Origin: a virus
Lineage: Duplodnaviria; Caudoviricetes
Length of the DNA stretch: 64,000 nt
Virus record (IMG/VR): IMGVR_UViG_3300037455_000221
Location: 1 to 64,000 of that record
Strand: one strand, 5' to 3'
Shown here: piece after piece, positions 46,052-58,300 of the stretch
Numbering within the stretch: the first letter of the stretch is position 1
Layout of the letters: each line of letters begins with the position of its first letter
The notes under the pieces: generated by a model
What the model saw: only the letters and a program-made list of their open reading frames with translations
The model's database searches: none
Told to the model about the DNA's origin: nothing
Translations under genes and position numbers: made by a program

Positions 46052-47260
46052 ATGCCTTCCTTGCAAACATATAAAAGAATGCTTGGTACGCACACAAACG
46101 GCGAAGCCCATAAAGTGGAATCAGACATGGTAATGGAAGAAACATGGTATGACGATATTCAAACTCGTCTTGCTTATTTCTATGATTATGAACATGATGC
46201 ACATCCACGACAGTTCGAGGGCTTAAGTCCCGCGGACGATGCCGACAAGGTGCCAATCACAATTAAGTACATTGAGAACAGTTCACAGACTCTTAATAAG
46301 GACGCGGTAAGTTATCATATTATGTTTCAGCCTTCTCAGGATCTGAACGTGGTAAGTTACTATAAGAAGAATTATGAAGAGCGTTGGGGTGCTACATTTC
46401 CATGTGGATTATATGTAGATATTCCGGACTATCGTGGTGTGTACAATAGATGGCTTGTGGTCGGCATGGCACAGAGTAATAACGCTCAATTTCCTACTTA
46501 CGAAATATTACGCGTTAACTATCTGTTCACGTGGATATTTAATCGAACCAAGTATCAAATGGCAGGAGTCCAGAGAAACCAGAACTCGTATAACTCTGGT
46601 GTGTGGATGGACTATGTTTTTGAAACGCCTAACGATGTTATAAAGTTTTATTTGCCAATGAATGAAGTTACTTCTAAGCTGACCTATAATCAGCGACTTA
46701 TTGTTGATACAAAGATTGATGTTGCACAAGGAGCAATCCCGCGTGTATGGCAAATATCTAAAGTATCACACACCACTCCACATGGAATTGGTATATATAC
46801 CGGTGCCCAAGACGTATGGGATCCTAATAGGGATTATGTCGAGTATGAAGTAGCGGGAGATCCCTCTACTATCACCGGCATGTATGCGGATTATTTTGGT
46901 GAGAATACTCCTGAGGATTTCCTCGAAGAACCTGAAATTGATCCTAATAAACATATCGAAATGGTCGCAGCTGGTGTATCACAAACCATTAAGGTGGGTG
47001 GAAGTTCTAAAAAGATTACCGCACTCTTCTATGAGGGCGACGATCAAGTTGCGCCTGAATCTGGAACATGGAGTTATACAGTCGATGGTGAAGATGTATC
47101 TTCGCTGATCACTGAATCATTTGATGGTCTAGACATTAATCAGGTACGTATTAAATTTGCTGACGATACGAATTATGTAGGTAAGATCCTTACTGTGACT
47201 TACACTACTTCTCCAGTAGTAATCGTTGGTACATTAACATTGTCTATAAGCGGATTGTAA
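46052..47260 (+). CDS. putative head-closure/neck protein with Ig-like C-terminus
   Basis: Position; beta-rich C-terminal domain. Confidence 0.5.
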   Translation: MPSLQTYKRMLGTHTNGEAHKVESDMVMEETWYDDIQTRLAYFYDYEHDAHPRQFEGLSPADDADKVPITIKYIENSSQTLNKDAVSYHIMFQPSQDLNVVSYYKKNYEERWGATFPCGLYVDIPDYRGVYNRWLVVGMAQSNNAQFPTYEILRVNYLFTWIFNRTKYQMAGVQRNQNSYNSGVWMDYVFETPNDVIKFYLPMNEVTSKLTYNQRLIVDTKIDVAQGAIPRVWQISKVSHTTPHGIGIYTGAQDVWDPNRDYVEYEVAGDPSTITGMYADYFGENTPEDFLEEPEIDPNKHIEMVAAGVSQTIKVGGSSKKITALFYEGDDQVAPESGTWSYTVDGEDVSSLITESFDGLDINQVRIKFADDTNYVGKILTVTYTTSPVVIVGTLTLSISGL

Positions 47261-47266
47261 AGGAGA

Positions 47267-47872
47267 TTGAATATGGAATGGACTGATCAAGACACTGCCT
47301 ATTTCGCGTCTCTGGTACATGATGTAGAAGACGACGACTCAAGGCTTAAAAGGGAAATAAAGGAAAAACTCATAAGTAATAAGTATATAATTAAGGCTCT
47401 TGATAATAAGGAATTGGAGAAAGCAGAAGCCGAACCAGATGAATATTATGGAAAGTCAATCTTCCCATATTACATTATTCATCCTACTCAGGTGCAAGCT
47501 AATAACTTTATTTGTTTTGAGACACGTTTCAGTGAGTTGGAACGTTATAACAAAGCAATGAAGATACAACAGATACTGTTTTATATTCTGTGTGAACAGA
47601 AGAATCAGGCAGTAACAACTGAGACAGAACTTTCCGGCGCAATTACCGAACTTGGTATTGCTCGCCATGATCTTATTGCATCCTTACTTATTCATGAGTT
47701 TAATTTCTTCCCATTCAAAGGCGGCAAGGCTCATCTTATATCTAATGTGCCTAGCACAACAGATGATAATTATGCCGTACGCACACTTACATTTGAATTT
47801 ATCACTGATGCTAATCTAGTCAAGACTATTAATGGTGATCCTCAGTTTGTAAATAAACTGTATGCCAAATAA
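47267..47872 (+). CDS. putative tail terminator/completion protein
   Basis: Position before the tail tube gene. Confidence 0.5.
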   Translation: MNMEWTDQDTAYFASLVHDVEDDDSRLKREIKEKLISNKYIIKALDNKELEKAEAEPDEYYGKSIFPYYIIHPTQVQANNFICFETRFSELERYNKAMKIQQILFYILCEQKNQAVTTETELSGAITELGIARHDLIASLLIHEFNFFPFKGGKAHLISNVPSTTDDNYAVRTLTFEFITDANLVKTINGDPQFVNKLYAK

Positions 47873-48707
47873 TAAGACGGTAGAATCCGCGGGTCAAACA
47901 TTAGGTAAGTTAGCTCCTATAAAGACTAAATTGCCGCCCCGGTATCCTACCCTTGAAATTGATAGGTTAAAAATATTTTTTGGAGATCCATTAGTAATTG
48001 ATGAAGATGGAGTTAGAGGCGTTGTTACTGTAAAGGCTCCGACCATAGGTGACATCCTCGCGATTGGTGAATCAAGATTTTATAGTAACTTGAGTATACT
48101 CGTCGGGAACACGACGCAATTTAGACTAATGTTGTGGGAGGCTGGAATAGATTGGAACACAATCACTGACTTCCAACTTTTTATCATTATGTACAAACAA
48201 TTAGAACCCGATGTAATCGGCCTATTGTTTGATAACATAGATTTTCAAAACTTTGAGGTATATGAGCGCCCCAAGGAAGATGGAAGTATGGAGAGATATC
48301 TCTATGACAAGGAGACCGACACGGAGATAACGGAACTTGTTTATCAATACTTTCATCAATATCTCCAAAATGTTTTTAATATGAAACCCGAACGCGAGCT
48401 AACCCCAGATAAGATGTTGAAGGAAGCTTGGATTCGTAAAGATCAAATTGAATTAAGGCAGAAACAAAAGAAGGGTGAGAACTCTTCTTTTTCTTTTGTT
48501 CCTTTGATCAGCACGTATATCAATCATCCAGGCACGAAGCATTCTTTAAAGGAATTACGCGAGGTAGGTGTGGCTGAGTTCTTTGATTCACTCAAGCGTA
48601 TTCAAGTATATGAACATGCAACTGCCGTGCTTAAAGGCATGTATTCGGGTTTTGTAAATAGCAAAGATATAGATCCTTCGGCTTATGACTTTGCCAAGGA
48701 TATCTAA
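47862..48707 (+). CDS. phage hypothetical protein
   Basis: 281-aa coupled ORF. Confidence 0.65.
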   Translation: MPNNKTVESAGQTLGKLAPIKTKLPPRYPTLEIDRLKIFFGDPLVIDEDGVRGVVTVKAPTIGDILAIGESRFYSNLSILVGNTTQFRLMLWEAGIDWNTITDFQLFIIMYKQLEPDVIGLLFDNIDFQNFEVYERPKEDGSMERYLYDKETDTEITELVYQYFHQYLQNVFNMKPERELTPDKMLKEAWIRKDQIELRQKQKKGENSSFSFVPLISTYINHPGTKHSLKELREVGVAEFFDSLKRIQVYEHATAVLKGMYSGFVNSKDIDPSAYDFAKDI

Positions 48708-48731
48708 AAAATAAAAATGGAGGACATAATT

Positions 48732-49550
48732 ATGGCTTTTAATCTTGGAAATTTCGCTGTAAAGGAAATTATCTATGGTGTAGCTCAGAACTTCGACAAT
48801 GATCTTCTGTACACCCTTGACCAGCTTACCAGTGCATCCATCGAGATCAGCTCTGATCCTATCGAGATCACTGATAAGAACGGAAACGTAATCCGTACAA
48901 TTTATCAGAGCAAGTCTGGTACTTTCACCGCATCTTCTGCTCTCCTTTCTCCTGTACTTCTGAACGCTCAGTCCGGAAGTCCTATGGAGATTGCTTCTGC
49001 ATCTTCAAAGATCGAGATGCCTTTCATCTCTGTTGTTGCTGCAGGAACTACTCTTGAGGTTGCTGATGCCAAGACTGGAACCATTCATGTAATGGGACTT
49101 TACAACAATGGAGCAAATGGCGCTGTTCTCACTCAGGGAACTTCTGCTGTTGTTGACGTATCTTTCGCATATGATGCAGATGCTCACACTGTTACTGTAC
49201 CCGCAAACGCTACTGGCGCACCTACAAAGTATCTTGTTAAGTATGACAGAGACGTAGAGGCTGGCTATAAGATTACCAACACCGCTTCTAAGTTCCCTGA
49301 TACTATTCACCTTACTCTGTATGTTGCTATCGTAGATCCTTGTGAGGACGCTTACAGAGCAGCTTACGTTTATATTCCTAGCTTCCAGCCTGATCCCGCT
49401 GTTACGATCAATCTTGACGCTGAGAATACTGAGACCGATTTCAACGGAAGCCTTCAGATCGATTACTGCGATTCTGTAGATAAGGTTCTTTACTACATCT
49501 ACTTCCCTGATGAGGATGCAGTTACAACTGTAGTTACTTCTGAGTCTTAA
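48732..49550 (+). CDS. major tail tube protein
   Basis: High-expression codon bias, beta-rich, followed by a terminator. Confidence 0.65.
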   Translation: MAFNLGNFAVKEIIYGVAQNFDNDLLYTLDQLTSASIEISSDPIEITDKNGNVIRTIYQSKSGTFTASSALLSPVLLNAQSGSPMEIASASSKIEMPFISVVAAGTTLEVADAKTGTIHVMGLYNNGANGAVLTQGTSAVVDVSFAYDADAHTVTVPANATGAPTKYLVKYDRDVEAGYKITNTASKFPDTIHLTLYVAIVDPCEDAYRAAYVYIPSFQPDPAVTINLDAENTETDFNGSLQIDYCDSVDKVLYYIYFPDEDAVTTVVTSES

Positions 49551-49557
49551 TTCGTTA

Positions 49558-49590
49558 AGGCGGGGGCGGGCAACTGTCCCCGCTATTTTA
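49558..49590 (+). terminator. intrinsic terminator
   Basis: gcggggcggg-caa-ctgtccccgc followed by TATTTT. Confidence 0.6.
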
Positions 49591-49600
49591 TGGAGGCAAT

Positions 49601-49900
49601 ATGGCAAGAGGACAACGCAAGTGCATAGTCTGTGGATCTGATTATACTTACTGCCCAAGATGCGGTAATGGAAACGCTGAGGAGACGTGGAGATATCTGT
49701 ACGACACAGAACTCTGCAACAGCGTATTTGATATCCTCTCATCTTATTCTTTTAAGCACATTTCAAAGGATGAGGCGAGAGAAAAACTTGAGGGATTAGA
49801 TATTCCCAAGGGAATGAAATTCAATGCTGAAACTAAAAAGCAAATAAATGCCATTATGGCTAAACCTAAGAAGGAAACACAGATTGTGAACGAAGATTAA
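49601..49900 (+). CDS. zinc-binding hypothetical protein
   Basis: CIVC...CPRC. Confidence 0.7.
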   Translation: MARGQRKCIVCGSDYTYCPRCGNGNAEETWRYLYDTELCNSVFDILSSYSFKHISKDEAREKLEGLDIPKGMKFNAETKKQINAIMAKPKKETQIVNED

Positions 49901-49959
49901 TTATATGGGATACATTCACAGTCTAGAGAATGATATCCCATTTTTTGTGGAGGAAACTT

Positions 49960-50283
49960 ATGGCAGAATTTTTCAGAGGTACCACTCCCATACTCACAAT
50001 CCAACTTTCTAACGGAGTAAAGTATGCGGAACTTGGTGAAACTCTATTCTTTAGATTCAAACAAGGCAGTGTAGTAATTGATGTTAATCCTACTATTAAT
50101 GGTGCCGGTGTGGCCGTACTTAAGCTTACTCAGGAGCAGACTCTTAAGTTTAAACCCGGAAAAGTGCTAGTGCAATTAATGGGTGTTGAAGGGCCTGAAG
50201 CTCAAGAGACAGTTGTTAAATCCAAGATTGGTGAAGTTATTGTAGAGGATTCAATTATTACTACTCCTATTCATAATTCATGA
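49960..50283 (+). CDS. BppU-N-like adaptor protein
   Basis: RGTTP...LTQEQTL.F..G.V.VQ pattern. Confidence 0.55.
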   Translation: MAEFFRGTTPILTIQLSNGVKYAELGETLFFRFKQGSVVIDVNPTINGAGVAVLKLTQEQTLKFKPGKVLVQLMGVEGPEAQETVVKSKIGEVIVEDSIITTPIHNS

Positions 50284-50293
50284 GGTGATAATT

Positions 50294-50449
50294 ATGGATA
50301 TTACTGGATCAGTTGCGCCTCAACTTATAATCAACAGCCGTGACGTGCAATTTTGCCCCGTGCTGGTGTCTGAATTAACAGATATAGAACTTATTATAAC
50401 AGAGCAAACACCTGTCGTAGAGCTTATTATAGATGCTTACGCGGGGTGA
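50294..50449 (+). CDS. small hypothetical protein (51 aa)
   Basis: GAGGTGA RBS; below track cutoff. Confidence 0.5.
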   Translation: MDITGSVAPQLIINSRDVQFCPVLVSELTDIELIITEQTPVVELIIDAYAG

Positions 50450-50466
50450 TAAAAAGGAGAAAAAGG

Positions 50467-50700
50467 ATGAATGAAAAGAGATATGAAACAAGTAAGATAA
50501 CCGGAAGGACATACGAGCTATTCTCACAGATAAGAATACTAAATATACAGCAATGTATTTTTTATCTGGAGAATGGCGTTGTCCTTAATGATATAGAAAT
50601 TAGTGAAGACCGTAAGACGCATCAGCCGATTATGGTCTTTTTATTTAATAGAGAAGACACTTACGATGCCTATGATAAATGGTGTAAGCGTCATCAGTAA
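50467..50700 (+). CDS. hypothetical protein
   Basis: AAAGGAG RBS. Confidence 0.65.
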   Translation: MNEKRYETSKITGRTYELFSQIRILNIQQCIFYLENGVVLNDIEISEDRKTHQPIMVFLFNREDTYDAYDKWCKRHQ

Positions 50701-50710
50701 GGAGACGTTT

Positions 50711-51208
50711 ATGAGGATAATGGGCATTGATGCTAGTACGACATGTTCGGGTGTGGCGGTAATTGAGGATGGCAAACTTATATATCATGATGCTATTGAT
50801 ATGAAGAAGAATAAGGATGCTGAGCAGCGAGTTAAAAACATGATGAGTGAGTTGGGTGAGATCATAAAAGCCTACTCTCCCACTGCCGTATATATTGAGG
50901 ATTCATGGAATAAACAAAATATTGAAACCACGAAGATGTTATCTAATTTGTTAGGCGCAGTGATGTATGTGTGCCAGGATCTTGGGTGTGAGTTTACAAA
51001 ATTACTTCCATCAGCTTGGCGTAGTTTAACCGGGATAAAAATGGTTGGTAAAGGCGGTACACATCTTAAACGCACTGAGCTTAAGCAAGAGGCTGTAAGT
51101 AAAGTAAAAAAGAATTACAAGATAGATTGTGGCGACGATGAAGCCGAAGCTATATGTATTGCTGAGGCTGGGTGGTTGTCACAAGATTCTGAGTGTTTAT
51201 TTGAATGA
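50711..51208 (+). CDS. ruvC: RuvC-like Holliday junction resolvase
   Basis: IMGIDASTTCSG, VYIED, PSAWR, DDEAEAI. Confidence 0.85.
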   Translation: MRIMGIDASTTCSGVAVIEDGKLIYHDAIDMKKNKDAEQRVKNMMSELGEIIKAYSPTAVYIEDSWNKQNIETTKMLSNLLGAVMYVCQDLGCEFTKLLPSAWRSLTGIKMVGKGGTHLKRTELKQEAVSKVKKNYKIDCGDDEAEAICIAEAGWLSQDSECLFE

Positions 51209-51215
51209 AAGGAAA

Positions 51216-51767
51216 ATGATTATGAATATAGAATTATTTATGAAACAAATGAACGGCGAGCATAAGGAAGGTATCATACAAAAACATATTACTAGACAAT
51301 ATATTCCTATTGAAGAAAAAATAGCAAGAGCAAAGAAAATAATTGAAATATCTTGTTATAAAGATATGGTAGATCAAAATGGGAATATTCAAAAAATATT
51401 TTGGGTTAATTCAGTCACTAAACATTTCCTTACTATTAAATCTATAATAGAAATGTATACTGATCTTACTTTTTCAGAGAATATAACTAAGGATTACAAT
51501 ATGCTTAACGAAAAAAAGTACGATGAATTAATCTTAAGTTTATTACCAATGGAAGATGTAATATCTTTCAATAACATAATAGACATGGTGTATGATGATG
51601 AATATGAGAATGTAAATTCTATTCAAGGTAGATTTAAAAATCTTATATTTGGATTTGATAATATACTTGGAAAAGCACTTGAAGAGATAGTTTATAATCA
51701 GATAAAGGAGGACGAATCTGATGGCAAGGAACGCGAGTTTAAGGAGTCTGATCCAACAGAGAATTAA
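51216..51767 (+). CDS. hypothetical protein (possible tail assembly chaperone)
   Basis: Position upstream of the TMP; GAAAGGA RBS. Confidence 0.55.
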   Translation: MIMNIELFMKQMNGEHKEGIIQKHITRQYIPIEEKIARAKKIIEISCYKDMVDQNGNIQKIFWVNSVTKHFLTIKSIIEMYTDLTFSENITKDYNMLNEKKYDELILSLLPMEDVISFNNIIDMVYDDEYENVNSIQGRFKNLIFGFDNILGKALEEIVYNQIKEDESDGKEREFKESDPTEN

Positions 51768-52353
51768 AGGTATCTATAAAAAATATATTGTGCAATTCGA
51801 AAAAGATGTAATGCAAGATATAAAGTCAGATTTCAAAGATTCAATTGATATATGGATAAAAACATTTACATCTTGGAAGCAATCAAAAAATCAACCGGAT
51901 CATAATAGATTTGATGTTTTGTACGCTGCCAGTAGCTTATACCCTGATAAAAATCCCAATGTAAAAAGAATTGGTGAGTTTGGATATATATCACAAATGG
52001 AAGTAGGGCCAGAATATCTCGATCAAAACAGAGTAAAATTCATATCGCAATGGGGAGATGCTAGTGGGAATGTATTCCCTAATACCGCCGCATATAATTT
52101 AATGTATGAAGCTGGTATATATGGTTATTGTATCGATATAGTCAAACGTTCATGGTATAAAAATGAAAAGCCTAGTAAAAGAAAAAAGATAATAGACTTT
52201 TTATTGTTGGAAAATGTGATTCCTCCCAATCCATTTGATACGCCTGATAGTATTATGAATCAGAAATTTAAAAGAATTCAATCTCAAGCGTATTTAGATA
52301 GAAAGTGGGAAAAATATAATAAGAAAGTTATTCGTGATTTAAAGAACAAATAG
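51721..52353 (+). CDS. hypothetical basic protein
   Basis: AAAGGAGG RBS; directly before the TMP. Confidence 0.65.
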   Translation: MARNASLRSLIQQRIKGIYKKYIVQFEKDVMQDIKSDFKDSIDIWIKTFTSWKQSKNQPDHNRFDVLYAASSLYPDKNPNVKRIGEFGYISQMEVGPEYLDQNRVKFISQWGDASGNVFPNTAAYNLMYEAGIYGYCIDIVKRSWYKNEKPSKRKKIIDFLLLENVIPPNPFDTPDSIMNQKFKRIQSQAYLDRKWEKYNKKVIRDLKNK

Positions 52354-52399
52354 AGAGATGTTGTAAAAACATCTCTTTTTTATATATGGAGGTGTTTTT

Positions 52400-55300
52400 A
52401 TGGCAGAGGCTTTATATTCAATTAAAGTAGAAATTGATGAAAAAACTCTTAAACAAACTACAGCAAAGACTCAGCAATATATAGAAAAACGCTTAGGTAA
52501 TAATAAGGTAAAACTGAACCTTGGAACATCTGATATTGGACAAGCTCTTGGAGCCTTAAAAGAAATGGCCGGCGATAATAAAGAAATGGCTGCGTCGCTG
52601 GAGAAAACTTTCCTTACACAACAAGGAAAGATGGTCAATGCTGATCTAAGAAGTTATAAGCGTATTAACGCAAACTTTAATAAGAACAGAAAATACGATA
52701 CTGTTCTTAATAACTATTACAAAAAGTTTGAAAGGTTAAATACTAAATATGGAGAGTCTGATTCGCTAAAAGATCAACTTAGATTAATTAATGGCGTAAA
52801 AGGATTATTCACAGATATCACTACTGCAAAGAAATTAAATCTTACTTCTTACGATGGACATGACGTTCCAGATAAAATAGATAGTGACAACTTATATAGG
52901 GATCTTACAAGAAAAATTCTTTCGGAGCTGAGATCTAATATGTCAACCATGATGAATCCTGATATACAAAATGCAATCAGTGATTTAGAGAAGTGGGTTG
53001 AAAGTACAGGTAAAAGAAATACATATAATCTTTATAATGAAGGTGATATAGGATCGGTTATAAAGTCATTAACAGATTCAAAAGCTAATATTGATAAATG
53101 GAAGCAACAAGCTGTTAATGCTGTTAAGCAATCAACTGAAGAGATCAATAATGTAGCTAAGGTTGCTAACAATGCTCAAAAGTCAATTGCAAAATCTTCA
53201 GGGAATAAAGGGAAAAAGAAGTTATCTTTAGAGGCCTTACAAAATCAATACGACGAAATTGTTGGTAAAGATTTAGATGATACTGAAATTACTGAAGAAG
53301 AAAAAGAACAATTAATTAATGTATTAAATGAAATAAAAACAAAAAACTCAGAAATTTATAAAACATTAATAGAAGATCTATCGGAATATATAGGTAATAC
53401 TTTTGTTGAAAATAACGAACATATCTTTAAAGATGTTTTAAATAACATTGAAAATTCTGATATTAAATCTTCAACCAAGGTCTTTGATGATAGTTTATCT
53501 AAGATTATTAATAATATTAAATCAGATCATGATAGAAAAAAAGATAATAAATATATTGAAGATATGTTAATTGATCGCCTTGATTATATTCTTGGTGATG
53601 AAAATAGATCATATAAAGGGAAAAAAGCCTTAACAAATGAAGAAATAAATGAGATTGTTGAAATATTAAAGTATTCAGCTATCGCCGACAAGATGTCATA
53701 TAACGGCAAAACAAGACCGGGATTATATAATAATGTAAAATCTCATTATGAAGATTTATTATTTTATGCAAGTGATGCAGAAGGATATAATGCTAAGTCG
53801 TTTAAAGATTTAGGTACTGCAATAAAATCCGTAAATGCATTTGTTGATAATTTATCTTCCGGAGATATAAATAATCTCGATCTTGTAACAAAAGAAAAAT
53901 CAAATAAATTTATACAAAATATTTCTAGAATTCAAAAACAAATATCTTCTTTTAATGATTATCTTGAAGTTATTGGTAGATTAACAGATTTAAATGGATA
54001 TAGTGATTTTGGCGAAATGGGATTTAATGGAACCAAAATCTCACATAACGAAGGTGGATCTGTTAGAGTAGGTGGAAAAACTAGGATGATAGATTATCAC
54101 TCTCATCCTTGGCAAGGATATAAAAATCTTATGCCGTCCGCCTCGGATTTACGCAGTTATTTATATGCATTGAATGATAATAAAGATAAAAATGGTAATC
54201 CTTATCTTAAAGAAGCATATATTTCGCAAGGTGATAGATTATTAAAAATAGATTTTAGTAATATAGATTGGGGTAAAACTTCTCCTGAAGAATTAAGAAA
54301 AGAATTATTTTCTACCATAATGCAAGCCGTTAAAGATGCGGGAGGAGAAATAAAAAATTCAAAATCCTTTAAGGATAAAGAATGGTATACATCTTCAGAC
54401 CCAAGATTGTCTGGGCAAATTGAAGAAGCTGTAAATAGCGCAATGCTTTCAGTACTTTCTAAGTATGGAGGCAATGTGGGTATGGCTCATAAAAATGCTT
54501 CGGGTCAATATGTTGATATGCAAACCGGAGAAATATGGGCTGGTAATAAAGAGGTTAACGAGAAATATTTTGATAAAGATATTTTTAATGGAGCTGATGA
54601 AATAGGGAAAGCCGCATCTGAGATAAGAATTGCTGCTGAAACAATTGAAAGAGCTGCAGAGATATTAACAGGAAATGACAATGATATTCATGCGGCTTCT
54701 GATGAAATAGAGCAAATTTCAGAAGGTGCTGTTTTTTCTTTACTTGATTCTATTACTAAAGAGATTCAGCGAACCAATACTAAGTTGAGTGGTAAAAATG
54801 GTATTGGAGGCACTGCTCAAGTTGGAGTATTAGAAACACTGCGAGAAAACCTAAGAGAGTTCCTGCTGACAGACAGGACGGGCGTTGAAGTATTCGGTGG
54901 TATAAAACATGAATTTAATCAAGTTCGTACAGAGAATGATATAATACTTGCTAATAAAAAATTATATACAAGTTTAGTAGCTATAACAAAAGAACTGTCT
55001 GTATTAAAATCTAAAGGATTAGGAAGAACTAAGGAATACAGAGATAAACTTGCAGAAAGAAAACGAATTACTGCCAACTTAGATTCAGCCAATGAAGAAC
55101 AAGGATATTTAATGGATTTAGCAACAGCAGAAGCAAATGCATTAGTTGCTAAACAACTTCGTGAACAACTTGATAAAGATCAAAAACAAGCAAAGGCAGC
55201 AGTAGATACAAAGATTAACGCTGGCTATGTTATTGATAGCGCTTTCCAAAAAGCTTATGAAGGCTTTGATGCCAGTGCGTTAAAAAAGATGGCCGACTTA

Positions 55301-58300
55301 ATGGAGGTCATGAATGGTAATAAAGCCGGTATTAATGTAGATACATTATTTAAATCGGTTCAAGGTATAATTACTGGTCTTGAAGATGCAAGACGTAATT
55401 TAGGTGCTAATGTTTCAAGAGCACCTAAACAAACGACTCCTGTTTCAGATAAAGACATTTCTGCTTTTGTTAATAGGATTAATAGAGAAATCCAAAAAAC
55501 TGGTATTAATGCCGTAACTGGTGGCTCTGGACAAGTTTCTGAATTAGCAAAATTAAGAGATGCTGTTCAGAATATTAATCCTAATGATCGTGATGCATGG
55601 GATGATTATAATAAACAGTTTGAAATATTAACTGGTCAAAATAATATTATAGAAGGTAATGAAAAATTATATAGGCAACTTGTAGAAATAACACAAGACT
55701 TAATTAATTTAAAATTACAAGGCAAAGATACATCAAGAGGATATCAGAATAAGTCAAATCAAAGGGAAGCAATTTTAAATAAAATTGGTGTTGCGGGAAC
55801 GAATAGAGATGCGTTAGACAAAGAGGCTAGTAAAGACGCATATTCCGCAATAGCTTCTAAGTTAATTGATAGCGTTACTAAGATTGGAAATGATACTGCG
55901 CTTGATTTTCAAGCAAAGTTTAATAAAGGATTTGATTTTGAAGATGAATTCTATAAACCATATGTTCAACTTAGTAAAGATGCAAAGGCTATAATTGAGA
56001 GACTTATGCTCGTTATGGAGGGCACAGCTACAGATGCTCAGAAGGACATAGAAGAAGCCGGTAATATTATTAAACAATTAACGGATGTAAAATCTAATAT
56101 AAATTCAAAAGCAATTAAACAAGTTGCTCCGGTAGAAGGTTCAAAGATATCTTCTCGCATTGATCAATTCTCAGCATTTATCAATAAAAAAGGGGTTTCT
56201 GTTGATGAAAATTTAAATAATTCTCTTTTACAATATATTGAGAAATTAAAGAATTTTGAAAATGATGATACAAGAAATCCTAGAATTTATGAAATGCTCG
56301 AACAAGAAGGTGATCAGCTTAAGGAGCAAATTAATGCCTTAGATCAGATTATTAAGAGATATGAGGAAACATATCAGTTACGTGTTAAAATTGCAGAGCT
56401 TGAAATCTCTGGTGAAAATCCGGAAGCTTTAGCTGATTATAATGAAGAATTAAAAAAAGAAAAGGATATTATTTCCTCAATTGCACAATCGTTTGGTGTT
56501 GATGATAGTATTACTGCAAAAATATTTGGAGATCCGTCTGAATATGAAGGCAAAAGAAAAGAATATGTAGCAAAATTACAAAATACAATTCGCGGTATAG
56601 AAACTGCTAAACTGAACGAAGAAAAAAGAGGTTATGGATATACTGAAGATTATGAAAACAGATTTAAGGTAGCAAAAGATTATACCGATTATTTAGTCAA
56701 AAGATTACAAGACACTAAGCTGTCTACGGATGAAATAAAAGAAGCATTAAAAGAGGCTTATAGATTTGTTGATGATATTAATGAGGCAGATGGATTACAA
56801 CAATTAAAAAGAGATACTCATTCAAGCGAATCTGTTATTGTAAAAAGAAATCAGGCAGCCAATCTATTTTCTTCAGCTTCTACTCTGTTAACCAAGACAA
56901 GTGGGTTTGGAGTGAGTAAAGAAGATAGAATAGAAATATATAAGATATATGCGGAATTAAAAAATATATCAGATGCTGCTGATAAGGCTGGCGGAGAAAT
57001 GTCTGATCTGAATAGAATCAGATATGATGAACTTACAGCAAGAATAAAGGATTTAACTGCAAAGTATAAAGAGTTAGGTGTATACGGAAATAATCTCTTC
57101 TCTAGAATTGGTAGAACAATTAAAGCACAAACTATTAGTGCTCTTTCTCGTTATTTCTCTTTATATGATATTATTCGTTATGTGCGCAGTGGAATTAATA
57201 CCATTAAAGAGCTTGATACAGCAATGGTTGAGCTTCGCAAGGTTACTGATGGCACTGCTCAAGAGTATGAAGATTTCAGGAAAGAGATTAATGCAACCGC
57301 TAGTGAAATTGCATCTACTAATAAAGATTTAATTAGTTCTGCAGCGGATTGGGCTAGATTAGGTTATTCGATTAAAGAAGCTACTGAACTTGCTAGGGAC
57401 GCTCAGATATTTGTAAATGTTGGAGATGGTGTTGACATTAAGGGCGCAACCGATATGATGATCACCGCCATGAAGGCATTCAACATTGAGGCTGACGAAG
57501 CATTATCAATTGTAGATAAGTATAATGAGATAGGTAATAATTTCGCATTATCAGCTACTGATATTGGTGATGCGATGCAGCGATCTGCTTCAGTTCTTGC
57601 AGCATCCAATACATCATTTGATGAATCAATAGCACTTATTACTGCCGGTAATGAAATAATCCAGGATCCTGAAAAGATGGGTACAGCTCTTAGAACTGTA
57701 GCTCTTCGTATTCGTGGTGCGAAAGCCGAGCTTGAAGAAATGGGTGAAGAAACGGATTATGTTGTAAACTCAACTTCAAAGCTTCGTGAACTTATTAAGG
57801 GTTATACAAGTATTGGTGGTAAATATGAAGGCTTTGATATCATGGAAGACGAAGATACCTTCAAATCTCTTGCAGATATTATTAAAGGTATTGGTGAAGT
57901 CTATGATGAAATGTCTGATATTGATCGTACAGCAATGCTTGATAAACTTGCTGGTAAAAATAGATCAAATGCTCTTGCAGCAATGCTTCAGAATTATAAA
58001 CAGATAGATAATGTTCTTATGTCTATTGAAGAATCTGAAGGATCTGCTATTAGAGAAAACGAGCACATCGTTGATTCGATTCAGGGTAGAATAACAAAAT
58101 TACAAACTGCAGCTGAGAATTTCTGGCAAGCATTTTTAGATACAGATTTAATTAAAGATGCAGTTAGTGCCCTTACCGAATTATTAAATAAATTAACTGA
58201 ATTTATAGATAAGCATGGAAGCGGTGAATTGCTAGCGGGTATAGCTAGCATTGCAACTCTTAGATTCACAGGAGTTGGAAATGGTTTTATCAATTCTATA

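Noticed and set aside
43210-49742. Long antisense ORFs (43210-43698, 43813-44421, 49005-49742)
   Set aside because: Shadows of strongly codon-biased capsid and tail genes
51700-51770. Programmed frameshift joining the two pre-TMP ORFs
   Set aside because: No clear slippery heptamer, and the second ORF has its own AAAGGAGG RBS
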